Positions 24,863 through 32,026 of a DNA stretch of 43,086 nt are shown piece after piece (positions within the stretch are counted from its first letter, which is position 1; every line of letters starts with the position of its first letter). Both the position numbers and the translations under genes were made by a program. Under the pieces are notes generated by a model. That model was not told where the DNA came from and did no database searches. It worked only from the letters and a program-made list of their open reading frames with translations. This stretch comes from an uncultured Chthoniobacter sp. (GTDB taxonomy: Bacteria > Verrucomicrobiota > Verrucomicrobiia > Chthoniobacterales > Terrimicrobiaceae). The DNA lies in NCBI GenBank assembly GCA_964427235.1, contig CAYRTN010000001.1, positions 1 to 43,086 of the forward strand. The letters run 5' to 3'.

Positions 24863-25020
24863 ATAACGACAGATTGAGAATGATTGAAATACAGGACATT
24901 TCACGCCTTAATAATCCAGCACAATATAAACGTGTTGAAAATTGGGATAAGCCCAACAGAACAGCATTTTATGCCGTTATCGGTTTTTTATTATGTGCAA
25001 TCGTGGCGGTGGTTGTATGA
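24859..25020 (+). CDS. tail-anchored membrane micro-protein (53 aa, below track threshold)
   Basis: ATGA coupling. ...NRTAFYAVIGFLLCAIVAVVV C-terminal TM segment. Confidence 0.5.
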   Translation: MNNDRLRMIEIQDISRLNNPAQYKRVENWDKPNRTAFYAVIGFLLCAIVAVVV

Positions 25021-25193
25021 TAGATAATTTATTTAAAATAATGGTTATTGTAAATTTATATATTTTAACTCCTTTATTTATTTGGGGATTTTATAATGCG
25101 TATCCATTTTTTGATGATTTAGGCATATCCCAAAATGTGGTTGGTGTGTTTGGTTATTATGTATGTTTGCATAATGTAAGGGGGATTAAATGA
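25017..25193 (+). CDS. membrane micro-protein (58 aa)
   Basis: ATG 25017 (ATGA coupling). MIDNLFKIMVIVNLYILTPLFIWGFYNAYPFF... Confidence 0.5.
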   Translation: MIDNLFKIMVIVNLYILTPLFIWGFYNAYPFFDDLGISQNVVGVFGYYVCLHNVRGIK

Positions 25194-25501
25194 AGCACAA
25201 TTTACATGATAAAAATGAAACAATTAGAAAAATGATTAACAGCGGTGCAATGTATAAAGAAATTGCATATAAATTAAACGTAAATAAATATAGCTTAGAA
25301 TCACATATACATGCTTATTTTGATGTCGTTAGAGTTGCAACATATAAAGCCAAAGTGCGAACATCGCAGATAAAAAAAGAACACCAAGATGAAATCTTGG
25401 CAATGATTAAAGACGGAATTACTTGTGGCGTTATTGCCAAGACATTTAATGTCACTTACTCGGCAATTTACACATTTAAAAAGAATATGGGTAAAGTATG
25501 A
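25190..25501 (+). CDS. double-HTH protein (103 aa), paralogue 1 of a tandem trio
   Basis: MKHNLHDKNETIRKMINSGAMYKEIAYKLNVN plus a second HTH ILAMIKDGITCGVIAKTFNVTYSAIY. Roughly half of the first 32 residues are identical with the next gene. Confidence 0.7.
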   Translation: MKHNLHDKNETIRKMINSGAMYKEIAYKLNVNKYSLESHIHAYFDVVRVATYKAKVRTSQIKKEHQDEILAMIKDGITCGVIAKTFNVTYSAIYTFKKNMGKV

Positions 25502-25827
25502 AACACAATATGCATAAACACAATGCAGAAATCAAAGAAATGCTTGAGCAGGGCATGCTTTACAAAACAATAGCATACACATTAAATGTCAATCCATTTG
25601 TTTTGAGAACGCATTTAAAAACGTGGTTTACCATTGAGAAAACAATAAAAGTTTCATATAAAGAAAAACTTTTATCAAAAAATGCAAGCCTACAAGAGAA
25701 TGAAGCAGATATTATGGGATCATACCGCAATGGAAATTCTGTAAGAAGCATTGCTGATAAATATGGCGTTCCTTACAATCCTACATTTCAATTTATAGCC
25801 TATCGCAATCGGAGGCATAATGCGTAA
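25498..25827 (+). CDS. double-HTH protein (109 aa), paralogue 2
   Basis: MKHNMHKHNAEIKEMLEQGMLYKTIAYTLNVN plus IMGSYRNGNSVRSIADKYGVPYNPTF. Confidence 0.7.
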   Translation: MKHNMHKHNAEIKEMLEQGMLYKTIAYTLNVNPFVLRTHLKTWFTIEKTIKVSYKEKLLSKNASLQENEADIMGSYRNGNSVRSIADKYGVPYNPTFQFIAYRNRRHNA

Positions 25828-26191
25828 TGAAATACTTAAAGATAATCGTAAAGCAATAAAGAATATGTTAATTGCTAATATGAGTAGTCGTTTCATAGCT
25901 AATTATTATGGCGTAAGCGTACAGATGTTATCAGGGTTTGTGTATCATCATTTAAAAGATATACGCCCTTTTGCTAAACCTAAAAACCAACCAAAGAAAG
26001 AAGCTTACAAGTCTATACTGATTGAATTTGAAGCAGAGCAATGTAAATTTTTAAAAGGCGATAGGCCATATATTCAATGCGAACACGATAGGATTATTGA
26101 AAGTCCTTATTGTAGGGAACATCATAATATATGTTATCTTAAAAGCACTAATAATATTAAAGTCTTGGACAAGAACTGGGGGCAGAAATGA
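25820..26191 (+). CDS. GcrA-like regulator (123 aa), paralogue 3
   Basis: N-terminal HTH IKNMLIANMSSRFIANYYGVSVQMLSGFVYHHL. The C-terminal CKFLKGDRPYIQCEHDRIIESPYCREHHNICY resembles the GcrA C-terminal Cys/His box. Confidence 0.55.
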   Translation: MRNEILKDNRKAIKNMLIANMSSRFIANYYGVSVQMLSGFVYHHLKDIRPFAKPKNQPKKEAYKSILIEFEAEQCKFLKGDRPYIQCEHDRIIESPYCREHHNICYLKSTNNIKVLDKNWGQK

Positions 26192-26382
26192 CAACAACAG
26201 GACAAAGATTAATTGCAAGTGCGAAAGAAGCGTTAGCATTTGCAAGGGGTGAAGTTAATGATTATGTGCTTCATTACAAAATTAATAACGATTTAACAAT
26301 GGATTTAAAAGTTGAAGTTATTGATAAAGCTAGTGATAGAGTTTCAGGCTTACCAGTGCATGATATGGAGTCGTTAGCATGA
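26188..26382 (+). CDS. hypothetical small protein (64 aa)
   Basis: ATGA coupling. No firm motif. Confidence 0.6.
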   Translation: MTTTGQRLIASAKEALAFARGEVNDYVLHYKINNDLTMDLKVEVIDKASDRVSGLPVHDMESLA

Positions 26383-26603
26383 AACTCTATTGTCATTACA
26401 CAGACGAAGTAAAATTAAATAGCAAGATAGTATCATTTTATTCAGACGGTAGCGGAGCGAGTGTGTTTAGCCGTGATGCTATGGGTAGCGTGTTAAATGC
26501 AGAGGGGGAATACCTAAGCACTGATTATTTTTTAGATGCTGGATATTGCTTTTTTGCGTATTTACCAAAAACATTTAAAATATGGCATGAGCAGAATGTA
26601 TAA
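26379..26603 (+). CDS. hypothetical small protein (74 aa)
   Basis: ATGA coupling. No motif recognised. Confidence 0.6.
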   Translation: MKLYCHYTDEVKLNSKIVSFYSDGSGASVFSRDAMGSVLNAEGEYLSTDYFLDAGYCFFAYLPKTFKIWHEQNV

Positions 26604-27249
26604 AAGAAAAGAAGTCATAGGGAATTGCACGCTTTATTTGGGTGACAATCGTGATGTCATGTCCGTTATTGATTTGTCGGTGGTTGGTTCGTGCGTGACA
26701 GACCCTCCGTTCGGATTAGGTAAAAAATGTTTAGGCGGTAGAATAAATAGCAATAGACTAATAGTTGGTATGGTAAGAACTGAAATACAAAAAATAGAAC
26801 AATGGGACGCATCTACTCCGTGCATAAAATTTATTTTAAATTTAAACGTCCCAACCATAATATGGGGGGGTAATTATTTTGATTTACCTCCAACACGATG
26901 TTTTTATGTTTGGGATAAAAAACAACCCTTTAATTTTTCTTTTGCAATGGCAGAATATGCGTGGACGAATTTTGACAAAAATGCAAAGATTTTTAGATTA
27001 CACCCTGTAGGATTAGCAAAAGAACACCCAACACAAAAACCAATTCAATTAATAAAATGGTGTATTGACCAGTTACCTAAGGATTGCACAGGAACGATAT
27101 TTGACCCTTTCATGGGTTCAGGTACAACAGGTGTTGCTTGTGCAAAAATAGGGCGTTCTTTTATTGGCATTGAACTTGACGAGGATTATTTTAATATCGC
27201 TTGCAAGCGTGTTGAAGACGCATACAGACAAGGCGATTTATTCCTATGA
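26596..27249 (+). CDS. beta-class N6-adenine/N4-cytosine DNA methyltransferase (CcrM-type order of motifs)
   Basis: Motif [11 protein letters not shown] precedes motif [28 protein letters not shown]. Start is ATG 26596, or alternatively 26587. Confidence 0.85.
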   Translation: MYKRKEVIGNCTLYLGDNRDVMSVIDLSVVGSCVTDPPFGLGKKCLGGRINSNRLIVGMVRTEIQKIEQWDASTPCIKFILNLNVPTIIWGGNYFDLPPTRCFYVWDKKQPFNFSFAMAEYAWTNFDKNAKIFRLHPVGLAKEHPTQKPIQLIKWCIDQLPKDCTGTIFDPFMGSGTTGVACAKIGRSFIGIELDEDYFNIACKRVEDAYRQGDLFL

Positions 27250-27485
27250 TTTACACTGTTACCTATTACCGCAAAGACAAGAAAATCACTGAAACAAAAG
27301 CAGTGAAAGCCGATACTATGAAACTAGCAGTGCAAAGGTTGCTTGATACGGCAAAACACCACGGTACAGAAATATCAAGTCTTACAATTAAAATAGACGG
27401 TACAGGAACAAATATTGCGGTATGCGATAAATGCCAAGCAATACAAGGGGTTAAAAATTATATGTGTAAGGAGTGCAGAAAATGA
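27246..27485 (+). CDS. small protein with C-terminal zinc ribbon (79 aa)
   Basis: [22 protein letters not shown] coupling. Confidence 0.6.
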   Translation: MIYTVTYYRKDKKITETKAVKADTMKLAVQRLLDTAKHHGTEISSLTIKIDGTGTNIAVCDKCQAIQGVKNYMCKECRK

Positions 27486-27691
27486 AAAAACAAACAAGCA
27501 AAAGAAAACAAAAGATAAAATGGTTTAATGGTAGATTTGATAGATTTGTCACGGATATTGTTAAATCTGATAAACCTTTAATTCCTTTTTGTTTTAGAAA
27601 TATGCCAAAAGTTTACGGAGCATGCGGAGATGGAATGCCAATGCGTACCGTTTCACAATTACAATTCAATGATTGCGATGATGATGCTTAA
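27482..27691 (+). CDS. hypothetical basic/Cys-containing small protein (69 aa)
   Basis: ATG 27482 after AAGGAG (the track ORF begins at a GTG). Confidence 0.55.
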   Translation: MKKQTSKRKQKIKWFNGRFDRFVTDIVKSDKPLIPFCFRNMPKVYGACGDGMPMRTVSQLQFNDCDDDA

Positions 27692-28085
27692 ATACATACC
27701 TCTCTTATTTCTTACCGCCTGTAGTACGAACGTATCGCAATACGATAACCGCACAGTTATTGATTATCACGGTGGTGGCACTGTTTACGAGGTAATGGAC
27801 GATATTAAACATTACCAGAAACCAATATACGTTAATGGTTTATGTGCTTCATCATGCACATACGTATTTCATTTCAAAGATACTTGCGTTTCGGACGATG
27901 CGTTATTGTTGTTTCACGCCCCACGCAATACAGATAAATCAATTAATCCATATTGGTTTAAGATAATGTCTAATTGGTATCCACAGGCACTAAAGCAATG
28001 GTTTGATACTGTGGCAATAGACGGACAAGACCATACGTTTACTGGACGGCAATTTAAAAATATGTTTGGGGTTGGTATATGCTAA
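27684..28085 (+). CDS. lipoprotein with ClpP/COG3904-like periplasmic domain (about 133 aa)
   Basis: MLKYIPLLFLTAC lipobox. IDYHGGGTVYEVMDDIKHYQKPIYVNGLCASSCTYVF resembles the ClpP/S49 GG...Ser strand-helix pattern. The start is ambiguous between 27669 and 27684. Confidence 0.5.
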   Translation: MLKYIPLLFLTACSTNVSQYDNRTVIDYHGGGTVYEVMDDIKHYQKPIYVNGLCASSCTYVFHFKDTCVSDDALLLFHAPRNTDKSINPYWFKIMSNWYPQALKQWFDTVAIDGQDHTFTGRQFKNMFGVGIC

Positions 28086-28180
28086 CTTTGATTTTAACAT
28101 CTATACTAGGAACTATATTTTTATATTTTTTAGTTTTTTATATGATTGAAACAATAAAAAAAGAGGATAAAAATGAATAA
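28079..28180 (+). CDS. membrane micro-protein (33 aa)
   Basis: MLTLILTSILGTIFLYFLVFYMIETIKKEDKNE. Overlaps both neighbouring genes. Confidence 0.35.
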   Translation: MLTLILTSILGTIFLYFLVFYMIETIKKEDKNE

Positions 28181-28466
28181 AATACCATATATCGGCTTTG
28201 GTGATACTGCTTATATTGACCAGTCAACGGCAGAAAGAATACCCACACATGAAGCTATGAGACAAGAAATCAATGAGATGCGAGGCGTTTTGTTTGATTA
28301 TAAACATGAGATAGAATTGTACAAAGAAACTGTGGATTTGCAACGCAAAGCTATCAATATGAGCAAAGAATATATCGAAGCATTAGAACATGAAAGACGT
28401 GTTTATAATATTGCTATCGGTATATTTTGCATTTTAGCAGGTTTAAAACTTTTAGGAATTATCTAA
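28173..28466 (+). CDS. tail-anchored coiled-coil membrane protein (97 aa)
   Basis: ATG after AAGAGGA. C-terminal TM segment IAIGIFCILAGLKLLGII. Followed directly by a terminator. Confidence 0.65.
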   Translation: MNKIPYIGFGDTAYIDQSTAERIPTHEAMRQEINEMRGVLFDYKHEIELYKETVDLQRKAINMSKEYIEALEHERRVYNIAIGIFCILAGLKLLGII

Positions 28467-28485
28467 GCCCCACAAGGGCTTTTTT
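28465..28485 (+). terminator. rho-independent terminator
   Basis: AAGCCC-cacaa-GGGCTT followed by a T run, overlapping the stop codon. Confidence 0.7.
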
Positions 28486-28516
28486 AATATTAACAACAAA
28501 CTTTTTGAGGGGCTTT

Positions 28517-28756
28517 ATGAATGATGATGATTTTTTATCTGATGACGAATTATTTAATATGTACTTGCAAGCATTGCAATCGCAATTACTAGATATTGAC
28601 ATGGCAATTAAACATAAAAATAAGATTATTCCTTTATTAAGAATAATTGAATCATCTATCGAAAATAGTTTTCAATATAAAATAGCCAATAAAAAAATTG
28701 CTATTTTAACACTAAAAAAACCTAGCTTTTGGAAGCAAGTATTTAATTTAAATTAA
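28517..28756 (+). CDS. hypothetical small acidic protein (79 aa)
   Basis: ATG 28517 after TGAGGGG. The longer track ORF would read through the terminator. Confidence 0.6.
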   Translation: MNDDDFLSDDELFNMYLQALQSQLLDIDMAIKHKNKIIPLLRIIESSIENSFQYKIANKKIAILTLKKPSFWKQVFNLN

Positions 28757-28780
28757 CCAAACTTTTTGAGGGAGAAGTTT

Positions 28781-28963
28781 ATGTTAAGGCTGATACTATT
28801 ATTAATTGTTTTTGCAACCATCGACGATGCAATAGCAAAACCAGAATTTAAAGGACGGACAACCATAAAAGGATTGCCCAGAAATGTCATGAGAGTCCAT
28901 ACAAAATATACTGCAATAAAATCAACGAAACCACGCCCCAAACTTAAGGTTGACAATGATTAA
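28781..28963 (+). CDS. secreted basic micro-protein (60 aa)
   Basis: ATG 28781 after GAGGGAG. Signal peptide MLRLILLLIVFATIDDAIA followed by a Lys/Arg-rich mature part. Confidence 0.55.
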   Translation: MLRLILLLIVFATIDDAIAKPEFKGRTTIKGLPRNVMRVHTKYTAIKSTKPRPKLKVDND

Positions 28964-29049
28964 TAATCTGTTAATATTTGATTATGAAGTCATTAAGTTT
29001 ACCTTGTCTTGATTCATTTCATATTCTCCTATTGTTACCTTATAAAATT

Positions 29050-29085
29050 ACCCCCTAGTACTCCAATTCTAGGGGGTCTTTTATT
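29050..29085. terminator. bidirectional hairpin terminator between convergent units
   Basis: ACCCCCTAG-tactccaatt-CTAGGGGGT followed by CTTTTATT. A T-rich tract also follows on the other strand. Confidence 0.75.
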
Positions 29086-29155
29086 AATATACAGGCTGTC
29101 CAGTCTGTATATCGTATGTCACACCTGTAATAGGTGATGTTACTGTACCAGTCAT
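29084..29155 (-). CDS. possible hydrophilic micro-peptide (23 aa)
   Basis: ATGA coupling. MTGTVTSPITGVTYDIQTGQPVY. Last ORF before the terminator. Confidence 0.3.
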   Translation of the reverse strand: MTGTVTSPITGVTYDIQTGQPVY

Positions 29156-29232
29156 GCTATTGCAACTCCATAAACTGTCATTGCAATCATTCCAATAATC
29201 ATTGTGTAGTAAGATATTTTAACGTAAATCAT
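29152..29232 (-). CDS. possible hydrophobic micro-peptide (26 aa)
   Basis: ATGA coupling at both ends. MIYVKISYYTMIIGMIAMTVYGVAIA. Confidence 0.35.
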   Translation of the reverse strand: MIYVKISYYTMIIGMIAMTVYGVAIA

Positions 29233-29342
29233 GCTGTTAGTCCTTTAATAATTGTTAATAATTCATTGTGGTAAACCGTTACAGATGCACTGATTGCACC
29301 ACATGTTAAACAAGATAAGCATAGGTTTTTTAGATATGTCAT
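29229..29342 (-). CDS. possible Cys-rich hydrophobic micro-peptide (37 aa)
   Basis: ATGA coupling at both ends. MTYLKNLCLSCLTCGAISASVTVYHNELLTIIKGLTA. Confidence 0.4.
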   Translation of the reverse strand: MTYLKNLCLSCLTCGAISASVTVYHNELLTIIKGLTA

Positions 29343-30037
29343 TTACGCCCCCAAAATGTATGATACGACAATTCATTTTCACGAATGAAGTATGTTTTGA
29401 CTTCTTGATTGGATAGATTAATGCGTCCAAGATAAGCAAGATTTGAGCTTGTCTTGTGCCATTGACATTTAGAGATACTTTCACGGCAGTAAAATTGCTG
29501 TCCATAATCGTATTGCTCTAGCGATGGATTGCCCCCTAAAACTTGAAATGCAAGCTCTAGGGAATGTTTAAATATTGGTGATGTTGTATCTTTATTACCA
29601 CCAATTTTCGGAACCCACGAAAACATATAAACGCCGTTTGAATGTTTATAATATACGGTCTCCTCTATTGTCCGCTTGTCTTGCTTGGCAAGATTGAGGG
29701 TTGTAAACATAATTGTTACTTCCTCTCTTGCGTCGCAACGGTCAACTTTTTGCTCTTTAGCAGACGGACATTCATAGCGTCCATTAAGTGCTAAAGCGAT
29801 AACATTATTAATGCCATATTTATTAATGGCATTAAGGACGTACTGGTCACGCGGTGATAGTTTTTTGCTTTTAACTTCGGATTGCAAGCGGTCTATTTCA
29901 GATTGCAATTCTTTTATTTCTGTTGTGTTTTTTGATACGCTAGGCATTGAATTTTTACCCCAGTGATAACCAAAATAACCGCAACCTATAATTGATGACG
30001 CAATGCAGGTCAATGTAAACATTGTTTTTATTTTCAT
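29339..30037 (-). CDS. membrane/lipid-anchored protein with SleB/CwlJ-like cell-wall hydrolase-like C-terminal domain (232 aa)
   Basis: N-terminal anchor MFTLTCIASSIIGCGYF. The pattern ...DAREEVTIMFTTLNLAKQDKRTIEETVYY...VYMFSWV...HSLELAFQVLGG... loosely matches Hydrolase_2. The fold call is tentative. Confidence 0.4.
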   Translation of the reverse strand: MKIKTMFTLTCIASSIIGCGYFGYHWGKNSMPSVSKNTTEIKELQSEIDRLQSEVKSKKLSPRDQYVLNAINKYGINNVIALALNGRYECPSAKEQKVDRCDAREEVTIMFTTLNLAKQDKRTIEETVYYKHSNGVYMFSWVPKIGGNKDTTSPIFKHSLELAFQVLGGNPSLEQYDYGQQFYCRESISKCQWHKTSSNLAYLGRINLSNQEVKTYFIRENELSYHTFWGRK

Positions 30038-30219
30038 TTTGTATCTCCGTTTGCTTCTGTAAAAACTTTATCCATAAATCGACTTGCGTCTGATATTGGG
30101 TCAATCATGTTTGTATCAAAATAAGCTACCTTGCCGTCTTCTGTATCGTGCCAAGCAGGATATAAAAAATCATTGGTAACGTATGATTTTGAGCTTCTAA
30201 ATATATTCATAACTGCCAT
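30034..30219 (-). CDS. hypothetical small protein (61 aa)
   Basis: ATG 30219 (the track start at 30225 is a TTG), with GGAGG upstream. ATGA-coupled downstream. Confidence 0.55.
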   Translation of the reverse strand: MAVMNIFRSSKSYVTNDFLYPAWHDTEDGKVAYFDTNMIDPISDASRFMDKVFTEANGDTK

Positions 30220-30221
30220 AA

Positions 30222-30542
30222 TCAATACCCCTCCATAGATTTTAAGATTTTTTGTTTATCTGCTTCATTATCAGATAAAAGTTTTGCAAAATAATCAGAC
30301 TTTGCCTTTTCCCAAAGTTCTTTAGTAGGGTAGAATTTTCTTTCACAATGAGATGTCCCATATTCATTTGTGAACATAGATTTATATTCTACTTTGTGAG
30401 TTTTTTTACATACTCTATTTGTTTTATCAAAGTAAAAATAATTATCATCTTCGCTTTCCATAGAACAAGCCATAAATCCTCTTCCGTAAATGTTAGAGTC
30501 TAAGCTATTTAAAACGGTACTAAAAAAATATAATTGCTTCAT
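30222..30542 (-). CDS. hypothetical protein (106 aa)
   Basis: ATGA coupling to the upstream lipoprotein gene. No motif recognised. Confidence 0.6.
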   Translation of the reverse strand: MKQLYFFSTVLNSLDSNIYGRGFMACSMESEDDNYFYFDKTNRVCKKTHKVEYKSMFTNEYGTSHCERKFYPTKELWEKAKSDYFAKLLSDNEADKQKILKSMEGY

Positions 30543-30724
30543 TTATAATCTCCATTTAATAAATTTAAAGCAACATCACGGTCAACGATTGTGACTGTGG
30601 TTTGCTGTGAGTCATATTCTGCACGTGCGATAATGTCAGCAACGACATCACGCTGTGGTGTCCGTAACCCTTGTGGATCTTTGGCACAGGCGGTTAGCAT
30701 GAATAATAATGTTAAGTATTTCAT
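30539..30724 (-). CDS. small lipoprotein (61 aa)
   Basis: MKYLTLLFMLTAC lipobox L-T-A-C. Confidence 0.65.
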   Translation of the reverse strand: MKYLTLLFMLTACAKDPQGLRTPQRDVVADIIARAEYDSQQTTVTIVDRDVALNLLNGDYK

Positions 30725-30780
30725 ATTATCTCCAATTTGTTAATGTTTGAAAGGGTGGGGACAATTTGTCCCCTGCCTAG

Positions 30781-31044
30781 TTAAAGTTTACCAATAGTTT
30801 TAAGGATTGAGTAAAGTTCGTGTGCTAATGCAAAGTCATAATCAGTCAGCGCATCTTTAATCATAGAAATTAATAATCCACGATTATTTGTCATAACAAT
30901 CTTTGTTTTTTCATTGATTTCTTGACCAGATAAAAGAACTAAATTGTTTTTTAGTCCAGTTAATTTAACCGTTTCAATGTGTGTTAGATTGTAAGTATTA
31001 AGTGTTCTTTGGATTTTATCCGTTGTTAATATTGTCTTAATCAT
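30781..31044 (-). CDS. hypothetical protein (87 aa)
   Basis: First gene of the minus unit, divergent from the 31143 promoter. A hairpin GGGGACA-att-TGTCCCC (30757..30773) follows it. Confidence 0.6.
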   Translation of the reverse strand: MIKTILTTDKIQRTLNTYNLTHIETVKLTGLKNNLVLLSGQEINEKTKIVMTNNRGLLISMIKDALTDYDFALAHELYSILKTIGKL

Positions 31045-31142
31045 TTTATTCTCTCCAATTTTACCTTGGCATCATTGCCTCGATAAAATAAGAATACCAA
31101 AAAGAAGTTAAGGAATAGTTAATATTATTTTTATTATTTTTA

Positions 31143-31171
31143 TTGACAATATTATTTTTATGTTTTATATT
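31143..31171 (+). promoter_or_regulatory. consensus sigma70 promoter
   Basis: TTGACA (31143..31148), a 17-nt spacer, then TATATT (31166..31171). It lies inside the 5' end of the track ORF 31160..31420, which argues for the later ATG at 31211. Confidence 0.8.
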
Positions 31172-31176
31172 CCTGT

Positions 31177-31194
31177 TATCGCAATTAAGCGATA
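31177..31194. promoter_or_regulatory. inverted repeat operator candidate just downstream of the -10
   Basis: TATCGC-aattaa-GCGATA, starting 6 nt after the -10 hexamer. Confidence 0.55.
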
Positions 31195-31210
31195 TATAAG
31201 GGTAACAAAA

Positions 31211-31420
31211 ATGGAATCACCGCTATTACAACAATTTCTAAATATCATTTCTAGTTTTTCACAATCAGAAACTAAAAAAGAAAACAAGGTATTCGATGCT
31301 TTGATAGGTAAGCCAGTCTTAACAAGACACAACCTTGAGGGGGTGGATTTTGGATATTTTGACTCATACAATGATGTTGGATTTGTTTTAAAAGATAACG
31401 GCGACGGTAACAGCAAATGA
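31211..31420 (+). CDS. hypothetical small protein (69 aa)
   Basis: ATG 31211 downstream of the promoter and operator. MESPLLQQFLNIISSFSQSETKKENKVFDALIGKPVLTRHNLEGVDFGYFDSYNDVGFVLKDNGDGNSK. No motif recognised. Confidence 0.6.
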   Translation: MESPLLQQFLNIISSFSQSETKKENKVFDALIGKPVLTRHNLEGVDFGYFDSYNDVGFVLKDNGDGNSK

Positions 31421-31560
31421 AAAAAATATCGCTTGATATACCTGATGATGATTATAATAAATTGAAAGATTTAAAGAAAAATCATCATATTAACATATCG
31501 TCTTTTGTATCTGAGGCTATAAAAGAAAAGCTAGGCAGAGAAAAACCACTTGCAAAATAA
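31417..31560 (+). CDS. ribbon-helix-helix (CopG/Arc/ParD-like) DNA-binding protein (47 aa, below track threshold)
   Basis: ATGA coupling. MKKISLDIPDDDYNKLKDLKKNHHINISSFVSEAIKEKLGREKPLAK shows a beta-strand / helix / helix pattern. Confidence 0.65.
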   Translation: MKKISLDIPDDDYNKLKDLKKNHHINISSFVSEAIKEKLGREKPLAK

Positions 31561-31604
31561 ATTACAAGTGGCATAATTAATCTGTAGGCGTTATACGATT
31601 TAAT

Positions 31605-31640
31605 CCCCCTATGCAGTACAACTCTTAGGGGGTTATTTAT
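31605..31640 (+). terminator. rho-independent terminator
   Basis: CCCCCTA-14 nt-TAGGGGG followed by TTATTTAT. Confidence 0.6.
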
Positions 31641-31674
31641 AACGCATTAATCGAAGTGTATTTTCTTTCAAAAC

Positions 31675-31710
31675 AAAACCCCTTACATGGTTGTGCCATT
31701 GAGGGGTTTT
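31675..31710. terminator. bidirectional terminator
   Basis: AAAACCCCT-18 nt loop-AGGGGTTTT, with T/A runs on both sides. Lies 8 nt after the DUF2829 gene stop. Confidence 0.7.
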
Positions 31711-31717
31711 ATCTTAT

Positions 31718-32011
31718 TTAAGCAATAACCCAATCATCAGCTAAAACATCGGTTTGTGATGCAAGCCAAGGCTCAACGGTATCTTGTGCGGTTTTCATAG
31801 CAATATATGCTTGATACGGCACTAAATCATTGGGGAATACCCCTGCCATTGTATTGAGCGTATTGTTTGAAGCTGGATATTTGTTTTCAGGAACATAATA
31901 TAGAAACATTCCTTTGCCATTCCAGCCAGAACGAGCAACCTTATGTCCTGCTTTTAAATGGCGTATAGCAAAACCAAAATCAAATTGCCTTACCTGTATT
32001 CCGTCAGTCAT
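31718..32011 (-). CDS. DUF2829 family protein (Thoeris anti-defence Tad2-like, 97 aa)
   Basis: FGFAIRHLKAGHKVARSGWNGKGMFLYYV...YIAMKTAQDTVEPWLASQTDVLADDWVIA matches the DUF2829 hallmark (KVAR.GWNGKGM...MKTADG...PW.ASQTD.LAEDW). RBS AAGGAGAGG. Confidence 0.8.
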   Translation of the reverse strand: MTDGIQVRQFDFGFAIRHLKAGHKVARSGWNGKGMFLYYVPENKYPASNNTLNTMAGVFPNDLVPYQAYIAMKTAQDTVEPWLASQTDVLADDWVIA

Positions 32012-32026
32012 AACCTCTCCTTAAAT

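Noticed and set aside
29263-29505. 80-aa track ORF overlapping the 3' end of the 232-aa gene
   Set aside because: It is out of frame with the supported 232-aa gene and with the ATGA-coupled micro-ORF chain that explains the same DNA better.
31546-31571. Hairpin CCACTTG-12 nt-CAAGTGG as a terminator of the RHH operon
   Set aside because: It contains the stop codon and is not followed by a T run. The downstream CCCCCTA/TAGGGGG hairpin with a T-rich tail is the better terminator.
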